From the NCBI GenBank assembly GCA_963761305.1, contig CAVXGK010000001.1:896001-960000 (forward strand): a DNA stretch of 64,000 nucleotides, given 5' to 3'. Both the position numbers and the translations under genes were made by a program. The notes beneath the pieces were generated by a model. It had not been told where the DNA came from. It saw only the letters and a program-made list of their open reading frames with translations, and did not search any database. Positions within the stretch are counted from its first letter, which is position 1, and every line of letters begins with the position of its first letter. This DNA is from an uncultured Gemmatimonadaceae bacterium. Lineage in GTDB: Bacteria; Gemmatimonadota; Gemmatimonadetes; Gemmatimonadales; Gemmatimonadaceae. Of this stretch, positions 1-9,933 are shown piece after piece.

Positions 1-382
1 CAAACACATTCTCTCGGTGCGCGACGACGACGGTTCGCAGGGGCCGGAGCGGCGCGTCTACAAACCGAGCGAGTCGGGACGCCGCATGCTGGCCGACGCC
101 CTGGCGCAGGCCCGCTGGGCCACGCAGCGGCCGCCCGATCCGTTTTTGACATGGATGGTCCTGTCGTGGCAAGCGCGCCCGCGGGACTTCACGACGCAGA
201 TCGCCCGGCGCCGGAAATTCCTCGAGCAGCAACTCGCCGAGGATCGCGCCGCGCTGGCCGCGGTGATCGAGGAAACGTCGTCGACCTCCGACGCCGCCCT
301 CGTCGTCCGGCTCGGCATCAAACAATTCGAATTGGAGCTCGCGTGGCTCGATGACGTCGGCGCGCGGCACAGACCAGGATGA
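1..382 (+). CDS. PadR-family transcriptional regulator, C-terminal part (5' end outside window)
   Basis: The frame is open from the window start. GPERRVYKPSESGRRML resembles the PadR wing (GPxRKxYxIT-xGR), followed by a helical C-terminus ending ELELAWLD. Confidence 0.7.
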   Translation, partial: KHILSVRDDDGSQGPERRVYKPSESGRRMLADALAQARWATQRPPDPFLTWMVLSWQARPRDFTTQIARRRKFLEQQLAEDRAALAAVIEETSSTSDAALVVRLGIKQFELELAWLDDVGARHRPG

Positions 383-442
383 CCGGTGGACCGGTGGACC
401 GGTGGACCGGTGGACCGGTGGACCGGTGGACCGGTGGACCGG
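381..442. repeat. Tandem octamer array (GACCGGTG)x7 plus a partial copy
   Basis: Seven exact copies at 381-436 plus GACCGG. Each unit contains the palindrome ACCGGT. Confidence 0.95.
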
Positions 443-462
443 AACGACTGACGGCGCGAGTT

Positions 463-508
463 GAGAAATCTGACGTCAGAAATCTGACGTCAGACGTCAG
501 ACGTCTCC
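463..508. repeat. 46-bp dispersed repeat built from TCTGACGTCAGA/GACGTCA units (copy 1)
   Basis: GAGAAATCTGACGTCAGAAATCTGACGTCAGACGTCAGACGTCTCC matches 15546-15591 at 43/46 positions. Confidence 0.9.
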
Positions 509-521
509 TGTTCTCGTCCAC

Positions 522-1487
522 CTATTCCGGCTGCGGCGCCGGCAGGTGTTCGGCTCTCCGCAACGAATCCAGAACCTCGTTCCCGCCGCGATGGCGAAGA
601 TCGTTGGCGAGCCGCACGCCCGTCAGCTCGGGCTGCGCGGGGTCGAGCGGCAATTGGCCGCGGATGACGCGGCGCCCCGCGACGTCGGCCAACAGTCCCC
701 ACAGCGTGCGGCCGGTGTCGCTCGGTCCCGACAGCGCGCCAATCGGCACCTGACATCCGCCCTCGAGCGCAGCGAGAAACGCGCGCTCGGCGCGGGTGTC
801 GAGCATCGTCTGGGCATCGCCGAGCGGTTCCACGAGGGCGCGCGTCGCGTCGTCGTCCCTCCGAATCTGGATGGCGATCGCTCCCTGTCCCGCCGCCGGT
901 AGCCAGTCGGGTACGTCGAGGTAGGCCGAGATCCGCTGCGTCACGCCGAGCCGGTGCAGCCCTGCGGCGGCGAGGATTGCCGCGTGGACGTGGCCCTCGT
1001 CCACCTTCTTGAGCCGCGTCGGCACGTTGCCGCGCAGCTCGACGACCTCGAGGTCGTGTCGCCGAGCGAGAAGCTGCGCGCGTCGTCGAAGACTGGAGGT
1101 CCCCACGCGCGAACCCGGCGGCAGCTCGTCGAGCGAATCGACGCCGACCACCGAGCTCACGATGAGTGCGTCGCGAGGATCCTCGCGCGGCAGCAACGCC
1201 ACGACCTCGAGACCCGCGGGACTGTCGGTGGGAAGATCCTTCAGCGAATGGACGCAGAGCTGGACCTTCCCTCTCGCGAGGTCCGACTCGAGCTCCTTCG
1301 TGAAGAGTCCCTTGCCGCCGATCGCGCTCAGCGACTCGTTGAGCTTCTTGTCGCCGGTCGTGCGGTAGGTCTTGAGCTCACTCGCCACGCCGCGCGCTTC
1401 GAGCGCACTCTGCACCTGACGCGCTTGACGCAGCGCGAGCTCGGACGCGCGCGTCGCGATGATGAGCGGTGCGCCGTCGGCCGGCAT
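522..1487 (-). CDS. hemC: Hydroxymethylbilane synthase (porphobilinogen deaminase)
   Basis: Motifs ATRASELALRQ, GGKGLFTKELE, VHSLKDLP, GTSSLRR, LRGNVPTRL and LEGGCQVPIG (cofactor Cys). Confidence 0.97.
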   Translation of the reverse strand: MPADGAPLIIATRASELALRQARQVQSALEARGVASELKTYRTTGDKKLNESLSAIGGKGLFTKELESDLARGKVQLCVHSLKDLPTDSPAGLEVVALLPREDPRDALIVSSVVGVDSLDELPPGSRVGTSSLRRRAQLLARRHDLEVVELRGNVPTRLKKVDEGHVHAAILAAAGLHRLGVTQRISAYLDVPDWLPAAGQGAIAIQIRRDDDATRALVEPLGDAQTMLDTRAERAFLAALEGGCQVPIGALSGPSDTGRTLWGLLADVAGRRVIRGQLPLDPAQPELTGVRLANDLRHRGGNEVLDSLRRAEHLPAPQPE

Positions 1488-3061
1488 CAGCCCGCGACGG
1501 CCGCCGAAGCGCCGGCGAAGTGATCGACGATCGCGTCGACCAGACCGGGAATCGTCGACTCCGTCGCTTCGACCACGACGTCGAGTCCGGCGACGCGCGC
1601 CGCCCGTGACGTCACCGGGCCGATCGACGCCGCGGGCGCCGTGCGAGCCGCGTCGACACCGACCGCTTCGACGAAGTTGGTGACGGACGACGCCGACGTG
1701 AACGTCACGAGGTCAGCCCCGTCGCCATTCAGGCGATTCTTCAATTCCGCGGCGCCGGTTCCGTCGAGCACCGAGCGATAGAGATCGACGCGCTCGACGG
1801 TCGCGTTCAGCTCCTCGAGCCCAAGCTGCAATGTTTCTCTCGCGCCTTCGGCGGTCACGTACAGCACGCGCGCGCCGCCGATGTCGCGACGGCCTCGCAA
1901 CGCGTCGAGCAACGCCTCGGCGACGAAACGATCGGGAGCGACGTCCACGGCGAGTCCGTGCGCGAGAAGCGCGTCCGCCGTCGCTGGGCCGACGGCCGCG
2001 ATCTGGAGACCGGCGAGCGCGCGCGCGTCGCGTCCCGACTCACGAAGCTCATCCCAGAACAGGCGCACGGCGTTCTGGCTCGTGAACGCGATCCACGTGA
2101 AGTCCTTGAGCCGAGCGAGCGCGGATCGCAGCGGCGCCGGATCGAGCGGCTCGACGCGCGTCGCGGGCATCTCGATCACCGTCGCACCCGCGGACGCGAG
2201 CCGGTCGCTGAGCGACGCCGCCTGCGAGCGCGCGCGCGTGACGACGATTCGTTTGCCGAAGAGCGGACGCCGGTCGAACCACGCGATCTCGTCGCGCAGC
2301 GCCACCACGTCGCCGATGATCGTGATGACGGGCGCCGAGAGCTTTTCTCGCGCGAGAGTATCGCACAGCGTCGCGAGCGTCGCGGTCACGGTTCGCTGAT
2401 GCGGATGCGTGCCCCACTGCACCGCCGCGGCCGGCGTGTCGCGCGGCAGACCGCCGCTCACGAGCGCGTCGACGATGCGCGGCAGCGTCTGCACGCCCAT
2501 GTAGAGCACGATCGTTCCGCCGGCTCGCGCGAGCGCGGCCCAATCGGTGCCGCTCGCGTCTCGCGCCGGATCTTCGTGCCCGGTGACGAGTGTGACGGAG
2601 GTCGCGACGCCGCGATGCGTCACGGGAATCCCGGCGTACGCCGCGGCCGCGATGCCGGCCGTCACGCCGGGCACGACTTCGAAACGCAGACCCGCCGCGG
2701 CGAGCGCCTGGGCCTCCTCGCCTCCCCGCCCGAATACGAACGGATCGCCGCCCTTGAGGCGCACGACGCGTTTTCCGTCGCGCGCGAGTCGCACCAGCAG
2801 CGCATTGATCTCGTCCTGCCGGCTGGCGTCGCCCGCGCCGCCGCGCTTGCCGACGTCGTGCAGGTCGACGGGCCGTTCACGATCGACCGCCGACGCCAAC
2901 GCGAGGAGCGCCGGGTTCGCGAGCGCGTCGTACACGATCGCGTCGCACGTCACGAGCAACTCGGCGCCGCGCAGCGTCAACAGGCCGGGGTCGCCGGGTC
3001 CCGCACCGACGAGAAACACGATGCCGTCGGACGGACGGCGACCCGTCAAACGCGGCGTCAT
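1487..3061 (-). CDS. cobA-hemD: Uroporphyrinogen-III C-methyltransferase / uroporphyrinogen-III synthase fusion
   Basis: CobA motifs LVGAGPGDPGLLT, RLKGGDPFVFGRGGEE and VPGVTAG, then HemD motifs RPLFGKRIVVTR, FTSQNAV and FTSASSV. Start taken at the ATG at 3061, which overlaps the upstream stop. Confidence 0.93.
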   Translation of the reverse strand: MTPRLTGRRPSDGIVFLVGAGPGDPGLLTLRGAELLVTCDAIVYDALANPALLALASAVDRERPVDLHDVGKRGGAGDASRQDEINALLVRLARDGKRVVRLKGGDPFVFGRGGEEAQALAAAGLRFEVVPGVTAGIAAAAYAGIPVTHRGVATSVTLVTGHEDPARDASGTDWAALARAGGTIVLYMGVQTLPRIVDALVSGGLPRDTPAAAVQWGTHPHQRTVTATLATLCDTLAREKLSAPVITIIGDVVALRDEIAWFDRRPLFGKRIVVTRARSQAASLSDRLASAGATVIEMPATRVEPLDPAPLRSALARLKDFTWIAFTSQNAVRLFWDELRESGRDARALAGLQIAAVGPATADALLAHGLAVDVAPDRFVAEALLDALRGRRDIGGARVLYVTAEGARETLQLGLEELNATVERVDLYRSVLDGTGAAELKNRLNGDGADLVTFTSASSVTNFVEAVGVDAARTAPAASIGPVTSRAARVAGLDVVVEATESTIPGLVDAIVDHFAGASAAVAG

Positions 3062-3231
3062 CCGCGCGACGGCGTTCCGGCCGAATCGAGCGCTCGCCGA
3101 TAGCCGCGCGCACGCATCCAGAGCGAGAGCGAATAGCCGATGTAGATCACCGCCACGAGCGTGTACGCGACGTGATAGGTGCCCCACGACGAGACCGGTG
3201 GGGCCTGGACGATTCGCGCGAGCGCGATCAT
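3058..3231 (-). CDS. ccmD: Small single-TM protein, CcmD-like heme exporter subunit
   Basis: 57 aa with YHVAYTLVAVIYIGYSLSLW followed by a basic tail; lies immediately after ccmC with a 4-bp overlap. Confidence 0.6.
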   Translation of the reverse strand: MIALARIVQAPPVSSWGTYHVAYTLVAVIYIGYSLSLWMRARGYRRALDSAGTPSRG

Positions 3232-3956
3232 GTCATCGCCTCCGCAGCGAGGTCGCGCAGCAAACCGACGCGATACCGCACGCGAATGAACGCCACGCAC
3301 AGCACGGCGAACGCGAGGAAGGCGAACAGAAACGTGGCCAGCATGTCGGGCGGCATTGACGGCTCACTGGGTTTGAGCACGATCGGCATCGGGTGAAGCC
3401 GCGATTGAAACAGGTAGACGCTCAGGTGAATGAACGGAATGAGCAGCGCGCCAAGAACGCCGAGCACCGCGGAAAAGCGCGCCCGCATCGAGGCGTCTTC
3501 GACCGCGCCGCGAACGACGAGATACGCGGCGACCACGAACCAGAGAAAGAGCGTGAGCGTGAGTCGCATGTCCCACCACGCCCACCACGCGCCCCAGATC
3601 TTGTGGCCCCAGAGCGGCCCCGTCACGAGCACCACGCTCAAGAACAGGAGACCGACTTCGGCCGACGCCTCGGCGAGACGGTCCGCGCGCTCGTCGTGCA
3701 GCCACAGATAGACGATGGACGTCAGCGCGGTAAGGCTCACGGCGATGTACGCGCCGAGGGCCGCCGGAACATGGAGATAATAGATCTTCTGGGCCGCGCC
3801 CTGCGTCGCCTCGATCGGCGTGAAGTAGATCGCGCGCAGATAGACGGCGACGACGCCGAGCACGGCGACGCCAAACAGCCAGTCGAACACCGCGCGCGGC
3901 GGCGCGGGGGGCGTCGACCGTCGCGCCGGCGCGTCGGTGGAGGAGACAGCGGTCAT
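3228..3956 (-). CDS. ccmC: Cytochrome c biogenesis heme exporter CcmC
   Basis: IYYLHVP, the WWD domain GPLWGHKIWGAWWAWWDMRLT and LHP; multiple TM helices. Confidence 0.92.
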   Translation of the reverse strand: MTAVSSTDAPARRSTPPAPPRAVFDWLFGVAVLGVVAVYLRAIYFTPIEATQGAAQKIYYLHVPAALGAYIAVSLTALTSIVYLWLHDERADRLAEASAEVGLLFLSVVLVTGPLWGHKIWGAWWAWWDMRLTLTLFLWFVVAAYLVVRGAVEDASMRARFSAVLGVLGALLIPFIHLSVYLFQSRLHPMPIVLKPSEPSMPPDMLATFLFAFLAFAVLCVAFIRVRYRVGLLRDLAAEAMT

Positions 3957-4645
3957 TCTTCGAGTGTGTAAGGGAATGCCATCGTGCACGCGACGACGAA
4001 GACAATGTCGAACGCGATGATGATTCTCAACCATGGCCACGCCTCGGCGGCCGGGCGGCCGCCAAGGACGCGCGTCGTCGCCTGCGCCGCGTTGAGCAGA
4101 ACCGGCACGAAGAACGGAAGGCTGAGCATCGGCAACAGCAGCTCGGCCATTCGCGTGTTCACAGCCATCGCGCTGAACAGCGTGCCCACCGCCACGATGC
4201 CGACCGTCGCCAGCAGCATGATCGCCGCGACGCCAAACAGCGACTGTCCAACGGGCAGATTGTAGAACAACACCAGCGCGGGGAGCGTCACGGCCTGCAC
4301 GGCGCAGAGAAACACGAGGTTCCCGATCGCCTTCCCAAGGTAGATCGCTTCACGACTCGTCGGCGCGACGAGGAGCGCGTCGATGCCGCGATCGTGTTCT
4401 TCGATCGAGAACGATCGTTGAAGGCCGAGCAGACCCGAGAACGCGACGACCACCCAGAGCACGCCCGGCGCCCGGTCGGCCGGCGTGACGATCGACTCGT
4501 CCCACGCGAAGTAGAAAATGCAAAGCGCCAGGACCGCGAAGACGAGCGCGGACAGGAACGCCGTGCGCGTCCGAAACTCGATCGCGAGATCCTTGCGCGC
4601 GATGAGCCACGCGGCGGCGAGCGTCCCCGGTGGATGAGCGTTCAT
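3953..4645 (-). CDS. ccmB: Heme exporter permease CcmB
   Basis: KDLAIEFRTR, PGVLWV and LLLPMLSLPFFVPVL; about six TM helices; lies between ccmA and ccmC. Confidence 0.9.
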   Translation of the reverse strand: MNAHPPGTLAAAWLIARKDLAIEFRTRTAFLSALVFAVLALCIFYFAWDESIVTPADRAPGVLWVVVAFSGLLGLQRSFSIEEHDRGIDALLVAPTSREAIYLGKAIGNLVFLCAVQAVTLPALVLFYNLPVGQSLFGVAAIMLLATVGIVAVGTLFSAMAVNTRMAELLLPMLSLPFFVPVLLNAAQATTRVLGGRPAAEAWPWLRIIIAFDIVFVVACTMAFPYTLEE

Positions 4646-5400
4646 GCCGACGCCGGCATGGTCCAATGGGTTGGCGCGATCTCGCCGACAACCATCGACC
4701 GGTACGCCGCGCGATATGCGTCGGCGTCGAGCGCCGCGCAGTCATCCGTGCGGACGAACCTCCCGTCGAGCATGATCGCCGCCCGTGTTGCGACGGCAAG
4801 TCCTTCGTCGACGTTGTGCGTGACGAGGACGAGCGTCGCTTTCGCGCTGCGCAGATCGCGGAGCATCTCGGTCAGCGCCGCCGCGCCCGCGGCGTCGAGG
4901 CCGGTGTACGGCTCGTCGAGCAGCAGCAAGTCGGGACGATGCACGATGGAGCGGGCGATCGCGACGCGCTGCTGCAGCCCGCGGCTCAGCGCCCGCACCG
5001 GCGTTCGGGCGCGATCCGCGACGCGCATTTGCTCGAGGGCAGCCATGGCGGCGGCGCGCGGCGCCGACAGTCCGTACAGCCGCGCCGCGAACTCGACGTT
5101 CTCGAGCGACGTGAGCGCGCGGTACAACATGCTCTGGTGCGAGATGAGCCCGATGGACGCTCGCGACGCGGAGTCAGATCGCAGGGCGCGTCCCATCACC
5201 CGAACCGTTCCGCTCGTCGGCGCGAGCAACCCGGCGACCAGCTTCAGCAGCGTCGTCTTGCCCGCACCGTTGGGCCCGAACAGCGCCATGCACTCGCCCG
5301 CGCCGAGCGCGAGATCGACGCCGTCCACCGCGCGACGTCGCCCAAAGTCGCGGCGCAGCGCGGCTGCTTCGACGACCAGCGAGCCGGAGGGTGAGAGCAT
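4642..5400 (-). CDS. ccmA: Heme exporter ATP-binding protein CcmA
   Basis: Walker A GPNGAGKTT, signature LSRGLQQR, LLLDEPYTGLD; first gene of the ccm operon. Confidence 0.88.
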   Translation of the reverse strand: MLSPSGSLVVEAAALRRDFGRRRAVDGVDLALGAGECMALFGPNGAGKTTLLKLVAGLLAPTSGTVRVMGRALRSDSASRASIGLISHQSMLYRALTSLENVEFAARLYGLSAPRAAAMAALEQMRVADRARTPVRALSRGLQQRVAIARSIVHRPDLLLLDEPYTGLDAAGAAALTEMLRDLRSAKATLVLVTHNVDEGLAVATRAAIMLDGRFVRTDDCAALDADAYRAAYRSMVVGEIAPTHWTMPASA

Positions 5401-5505
5401 GCTCTAAGATAAGACGAGACGGCTCCGCTTACCCGTCGCGCCGTGCATTCGTATTATCCCAACTCATCACTCGACTTTCGCACCGGATCGAAGCTTCGGC
5501 AGACC

Positions 5506-7461
5506 ATGACCGAGATCGACGCACTCCTCCACGAAAACCGCAAGTTCGCGCCGCCGGCCGGCTTTCGCCGCAGCGCGCTCGTGTCCGATACGCGACTCTA
5601 CGACCAAACGTCTGAGGCGTTCTGGGCGGCCCAGGCCGGTGAGCTCGAGTGGTTCGAGAAGTGGAAAACGGTCTGCGAGTGGCAGCCGCCGCACTCGAAA
5701 TGGTTCATTGGTGGAAAGCTCAACATCTCGGTGAATTGCGTCGACCGCCACGTGGCCGGACCGCGCCGCAACAAGGCGGCGCTCATCTGGGAAGGAGAGC
5801 CCGGCGACCGCCGAACGCTGACGTACTGGGACCTGTACATCGAAGTCCAGAAGTTCGCGAACGTTCTGAAGAAGCTCGGCGTCAAGAGAGGCGATCGAGT
5901 GGCGATCTACATGCCGCTCGTGCCCGAAGTGGCCATCGCGATGCTCGCCTGCACGCGCATCGGCGCGATTCACTCGGTGGTGTTCGGCGGATTCTCGCCC
6001 GAATCGCTGCGCGATCGCATCAACGACGCGAAAGCGAAGCTGCTCATCACGGCCGACGGCGGCTATCGCCGCGGTTCGCTCGTGCCGCTCAAGCGGAACT
6101 CCGACAAGGCGCTCGAAGAGTGCCCGACGATCGAGCACGTGGTCGTCGTCCAGCGCCGGCACGGCGGCGGCGACGAAGACGCGTTTGCCCGCATGAAGGA
6201 CGGGCGCGATCACTGGTGGCATCAGCTGATGGCCGACGCATCGCCGACGTGCAAGCCGGAACGCATGGACGCCGAGGACGTGCTGTACATCCTCTACACG
6301 TCCGGCACGACCGGAAAGCCGAAAGGCATCGTGCACACGACGGGCGGCTATCTCGTCGGCGTGACGGCGACGACGAAGCTGGTGTTCGACCTCAAGGAGG
6401 ACGACGTCTTCTGGTGCACCGCCGACGTCGGCTGGGTCACCGGACACTCGTATCTCGTGTACGGGCCGCTCGCCAACGGCGCGACCTGCGTGATGTACGA
6501 AGGCGCGCCCGATTGGCCCGAGAAAGACCGCTTCTGGCGCATCTGCGAGCGGCACGGCGTGACGATCCTCTACACCGCGCCGACGGCGATTCGCGCCTTC
6601 ATGAAGTGGGGCGACAAATACCCCGCCGCGCACGATCTGTCGCAGCTCCGCCTCCTCGGCTCCGTGGGCGAGCCGATCAACCCGGAAGCGTGGATCTGGT
6701 ACCACGAGAAGATCGGCGGTAGTCGATGCCCGATCGTCGACACGTGGTGGCAAACCGAAACGGGCGCCATCGTAATCTCGCCGCTGCCGGGGCTCACCGA
6801 GACGAAGCCCGGCAGCGCGACGATGCCGCTTCCCGGCTACAGCGCCGCGCTCCTCGACGCGAAAGGGAACGAGATCAAAGTCGGCGGTGGGCTGCTCGCC
6901 CTCACCAAACCGTGGCCGTCGATGCTGCGCACGATCTGGGGTGACGACGCGCGCTACGTCGAGACGTATTTCACGAAGTGGCCCGGCCGGCCCGATCTCT
7001 ACTTTCCCGGCGATGGGGCCAAGCGCGACGAGGACGGCTACTACTGGATTCTGGGCCGCGTGGACGACGTGTTAAACGTCGCCGGGCATCGCATTGGCAC
7101 GATGGAGGTCGAATCGGCGCTCGTCGAACATCCGGCGGTCGCGGAGGCCGCGGTGGTCGGCCGGCCGCACGAGCTCAAGGGGCAGGCGCTCGCGGCGTTC
7201 GTGACGCTCCGCGAAGGATTCGCCCAAAATCCGGGTCTTCGTGACGAACTTCGCAACTTCGTTGCCGAAAAGATCGGAGCGATCGCCAAGCCGGATGACA
7301 TCCTTTTTTCGGCCGACCTTCCGAAGACGCGATCGGGCAAAATCATGCGCCGTTTATTGCGAGATATAGCAACAGGACAGGCCCTGGGTGATACGACGAC
7401 GCTCGCCGATCCGAACGTCGTGGCGGCGCTCAGGGACCAATACGAGGCACAAGAAGGCTGA
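5506..7461 (+). CDS. acs: Acetate--CoA ligase
   Basis: [31 protein letters not shown] and [12 protein letters not shown]. Confidence 0.97.
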   Translation: MTEIDALLHENRKFAPPAGFRRSALVSDTRLYDQTSEAFWAAQAGELEWFEKWKTVCEWQPPHSKWFIGGKLNISVNCVDRHVAGPRRNKAALIWEGEPGDRRTLTYWDLYIEVQKFANVLKKLGVKRGDRVAIYMPLVPEVAIAMLACTRIGAIHSVVFGGFSPESLRDRINDAKAKLLITADGGYRRGSLVPLKRNSDKALEECPTIEHVVVVQRRHGGGDEDAFARMKDGRDHWWHQLMADASPTCKPERMDAEDVLYILYTSGTTGKPKGIVHTTGGYLVGVTATTKLVFDLKEDDVFWCTADVGWVTGHSYLVYGPLANGATCVMYEGAPDWPEKDRFWRICERHGVTILYTAPTAIRAFMKWGDKYPAAHDLSQLRLLGSVGEPINPEAWIWYHEKIGGSRCPIVDTWWQTETGAIVISPLPGLTETKPGSATMPLPGYSAALLDAKGNEIKVGGGLLALTKPWPSMLRTIWGDDARYVETYFTKWPGRPDLYFPGDGAKRDEDGYYWILGRVDDVLNVAGHRIGTMEVESALVEHPAVAEAAVVGRPHELKGQALAAFVTLREGFAQNPGLRDELRNFVAEKIGAIAKPDDILFSADLPKTRSGKIMRRLLRDIATGQALGDTTTLADPNVVAALRDQYEAQEG

Positions 7462-7476
7462 ACTCGCTGCATCAAA

Positions 7477-7493
7477 TCGGTACATCTTGTGCC
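7477..7493 (+). promoter_or_regulatory. Candidate sigma54 (-24/-12) promoter
   Basis: TCGGTACATCTTGTGCC has GG(7479-80)-N10-GC(7491-92) and lies 42 bp upstream of the ATG at 7535. Confidence 0.4.
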
Positions 7494-7534
7494 TGAATCC
7501 GCTCGCGTTCGTCTTGGCTATAGATTCAACGCCT

Positions 7535-7930
7535 ATGTTCGCCTTCCTTCGGAATCTGTTTCCGGACCGGATATTCCGGCATAAGCTCGAGCCCGCGGCC
7601 GAGCGGCGGCTCGGACTGGCGCAGGCGCGCGCTGAAGAGGCGATCATTCGAACGCACGTCGACAACGCCCTCATGTTCGTCGACACGCTCGCCGAAGACA
7701 TGACGTTCGACCGCGCGATCGACAGCTACATCCGCGAGATGGCGATTCCAGAGCCGCTCGCCAGCACCGTCGCCACCCGCACGCTCGTCGTGCTCGGTCA
7801 GGACCTTGTGCCCTACCGTCGTCGCGCCCTCGAGTCGGCGGACACGACCGAAGAAGAGCGCCCGCGGCTTCGTCTCAACGACGCCTCGCAGGGCCGCGCT
7901 CCCCAGCAGCGCACGATCAAGCGCGCCTAG
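7535..7930 (+). CDS. Hypothetical protein
   Basis: 131-aa ORF with natural composition and host-like codon use; no family recognised. Confidence 0.7.
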   Translation: MFAFLRNLFPDRIFRHKLEPAAERRLGLAQARAEEAIIRTHVDNALMFVDTLAEDMTFDRAIDSYIREMAIPEPLASTVATRTLVVLGQDLVPYRRRALESADTTEEERPRLRLNDASQGRAPQQRTIKRA

Positions 7931-7956
7931 GCGCCCCCCCGCCGGTCCTCAACAGA

Positions 7957-8199
7957 AACCGCTCACCGCGGAGACGCGGAGACGCAGAGAACCGCCGCAG
8001 AGGACGACCCAGCATCATCGCGCAACGAGCCGAGATTTTTCTGTTGAAAGCCGCTCGGGACGCCACCATCGCGGCCCAGGCCTCCGTGCTACGAGTGGCC
8101 TCCCGAGCGGCTGTTCCCAAAAATCCCGCTCGCGGCGCAAAGATATTGCTGTCCTCTGTGGCTGTTCTCTGCGTCTCCGCGCCTCTGCGGTGAGCAGTT
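7957..8199. repeat. Long palindromic intergenic element (REP/MITE-like)
   Basis: 49-bp terminal inverted repeats (7957-8005 and 8151-8199, 44/49 match) with nested internal inverted repeats such as AGCCGCTCGGGA / TCCCGAGCGGCT. Confidence 0.85.
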
Positions 8200-8214
8200 G
8201 TCTTGGCAGTTTGT

Positions 8215-8649
8215 TCAGTCGCCCGTCGCGTCACGAACGGCTCGCCACTCGAAGATGCACAGCAGGCAGAGCACGGCGACCATCGCCGCGGAGCCGAGGC
8301 ACCATTCGCACCAGGCGTGGATGACGAACGCTTCAAGCGACGTGAGCCAGCCCGTGAAGATCACGCCCCACACCGAGAGAACGAGCATCCACGCCGCGAG
8401 GAGACGCGAATTCGCGTAGCGTGGGGTCATTCCAGCGGCGGCCAGCGCCAGCATCAGCGCGTAATATCCTCCGCCCCACGCGGCCACCGGCAGCCCGAGC
8501 AACGTCGACCAGCGGCTGGTCTGCACCCGCTCGCACGAGCCCACGTTGCAGGCGAGGGTGCCGATAATGCCGTAGTGGAAGAGCGTGAGGTACACGCCGA
8601 GAAACAGCCCGGCGAGGCTGATCACGACCATCCACTGTCGGCGGGTCAT
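8215..8649 (-). CDS. Vitamin K epoxide reductase (VKOR) family disulfide-bond protein
   Basis: Loop cysteines CNVGSCERVQTSRWS, active site WCEWC and TM helices; adjacent to DsbA. Confidence 0.92.
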   Translation of the reverse strand: MTRRQWMVVISLAGLFLGVYLTLFHYGIIGTLACNVGSCERVQTSRWSTLLGLPVAAWGGGYYALMLALAAAGMTPRYANSRLLAAWMLVLSVWGVIFTGWLTSLEAFVIHAWCEWCLGSAAMVAVLCLLCIFEWRAVRDATGD

Positions 8650-9476
8650 CCAGGCTTTTTCGGCGAGGCCGGAAGCGGAACCGATTTCGCGCTGTCGCCA
8701 CCAGCTGCCGGCGACGCCGGAGCTTTGGCCAGCTCGTCGGTGATGACCTTGGCCATCTGATCGTAGTTCAGCGCCCCACCGAATTGCTGCGAGCCGATGA
8801 TGAACGTCGGCGTCTGATTGATCTGACGGGCCTCACCGAGGGCGAGGTGCGCCTGCACTTTCGCCTGATATTTCTTCGTGTCGACGCACTGGTCGAACTT
8901 GGCCGCGTCGAGCCCGAGCTGGTGGCCCAGCTGCTTCATGAACTTGTCGGGGTTGTCCGTCGTCTCGCCGTTCCACTGATCCTGCGTCTGATAGAGCGCG
9001 TCGTGGAATTCCCAGAACTTGCCCTGCTCGTAGGCGCACGCGGCGGCGCGCGACGCCTGCCACGTGTTCTTGTGGACCGAGAGCGGGAAGTCGATGAAAC
9101 GCCAACGCACGAGCCCCGATCCGACGAATTTCTTCCGGATGTCGGGTTCGGTGAGCACGGCGAAGCGTCCGCACGCCGGACACTCGTAGTCGCCGAACTC
9201 GGTGACCTCGAGGCGCGCCGTCGGGCTACCCATGACGTAGCCCTGCGATTCGACTTTTGGCAGCATCGTGTCGATCGGGCTCGCCTGCACGACCTGGTTC
9301 GGTTTGGTCGACTGATACGCGAGCCAGCCGATGCCGACGACGGCGATCGCCGCGATGAGGAGATAAAAGGCGCGGTTACTCGCCGACGATTTGGAGGACT
9401 TTACGACTCCGGGCTTTCGTCCTCGTCCGGGCGCGGGGCGTGAGGGGGGGGTGGGGTCCACTCGCTTGCTTGCCAT
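8646..9476 (-). CDS. DsbA-family thioredoxin-fold protein, membrane anchored
   Basis: N-terminal TM, EFGDYECPAC (CxxC), FPL and cis-Pro motif QTPTF. Confidence 0.9.
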   Translation of the reverse strand: MASKRVDPTPPSRPAPGRGRKPGVVKSSKSSASNRAFYLLIAAIAVVGIGWLAYQSTKPNQVVQASPIDTMLPKVESQGYVMGSPTARLEVTEFGDYECPACGRFAVLTEPDIRKKFVGSGLVRWRFIDFPLSVHKNTWQASRAAACAYEQGKFWEFHDALYQTQDQWNGETTDNPDKFMKQLGHQLGLDAAKFDQCVDTKKYQAKVQAHLALGEARQINQTPTFIIGSQQFGGALNYDQMAKVITDELAKAPASPAAGGDSAKSVPLPASPKKPG

Positions 9477-9730
9477 GTGCTCTTATCCGTCTCCTGTGCC
9501 TCACGAACGATCCGGCGGTGCTCGGCGATCTCCGGCGTGTCGTACGTGATGCGAACCTCGTAGTGAAAGAGCTCGCTGCGCACGTCGCCAATGAGTCGCA
9601 TGAGCTCGCCCGCGTCATTGAGCAGGCGTCCCTGGCGATCGAGCTCGCGGATGCGCTCGGCCAGCGCTCGCAGGAGCGCCTCGAGATTGCGCGCCCGACC
9701 TTCGTCGTACGTCTGTTCCTGCTCCGACAT
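9401..9730 (-). CDS. Hypothetical protein (helical)
   Basis: 109-aa ORF starting MSEQEQTYDEGRARNLEALL with natural composition; its 3' end overlaps the DsbA start by 76 bp. Confidence 0.65.
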   Translation of the reverse strand: MSEQEQTYDEGRARNLEALLRALAERIRELDRQGRLLNDAGELMRLIGDVRSELFHYEVRITYDTPEIAEHRRIVREAQETDKSTWQASEWTPPPPHAPRPDEDESPES

Positions 9731-9933
9731 GCATCCGCCTGAAAGAAAAGCCCTGCCCGCAACGAAAGATGCCACTGCGCAGACTCGAATGGTAGAACGA
9801 ACCGCGGCGCTCGCCGTCGCCGACCGCCTCGGCCGTCGGGCCATCGAGCGTGGAACGAGGGCGTTACCATTCAACCACGTCGCGTGCCTCTGCCCGAGCG
9901 CACACACACGCATTTCGAGACCGCCGGCCCCGC

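Noticed and set aside
381..508. Repeat region as a CRISPR array
   Set aside because: The units are 7-14-bp tandem repeats without unique spacers, and no cas genes are in the window.
379..753. ORF with TGGPVDRW repeats
   Set aside because: It is a translation of the octamer DNA repeat running antisense into hemC.
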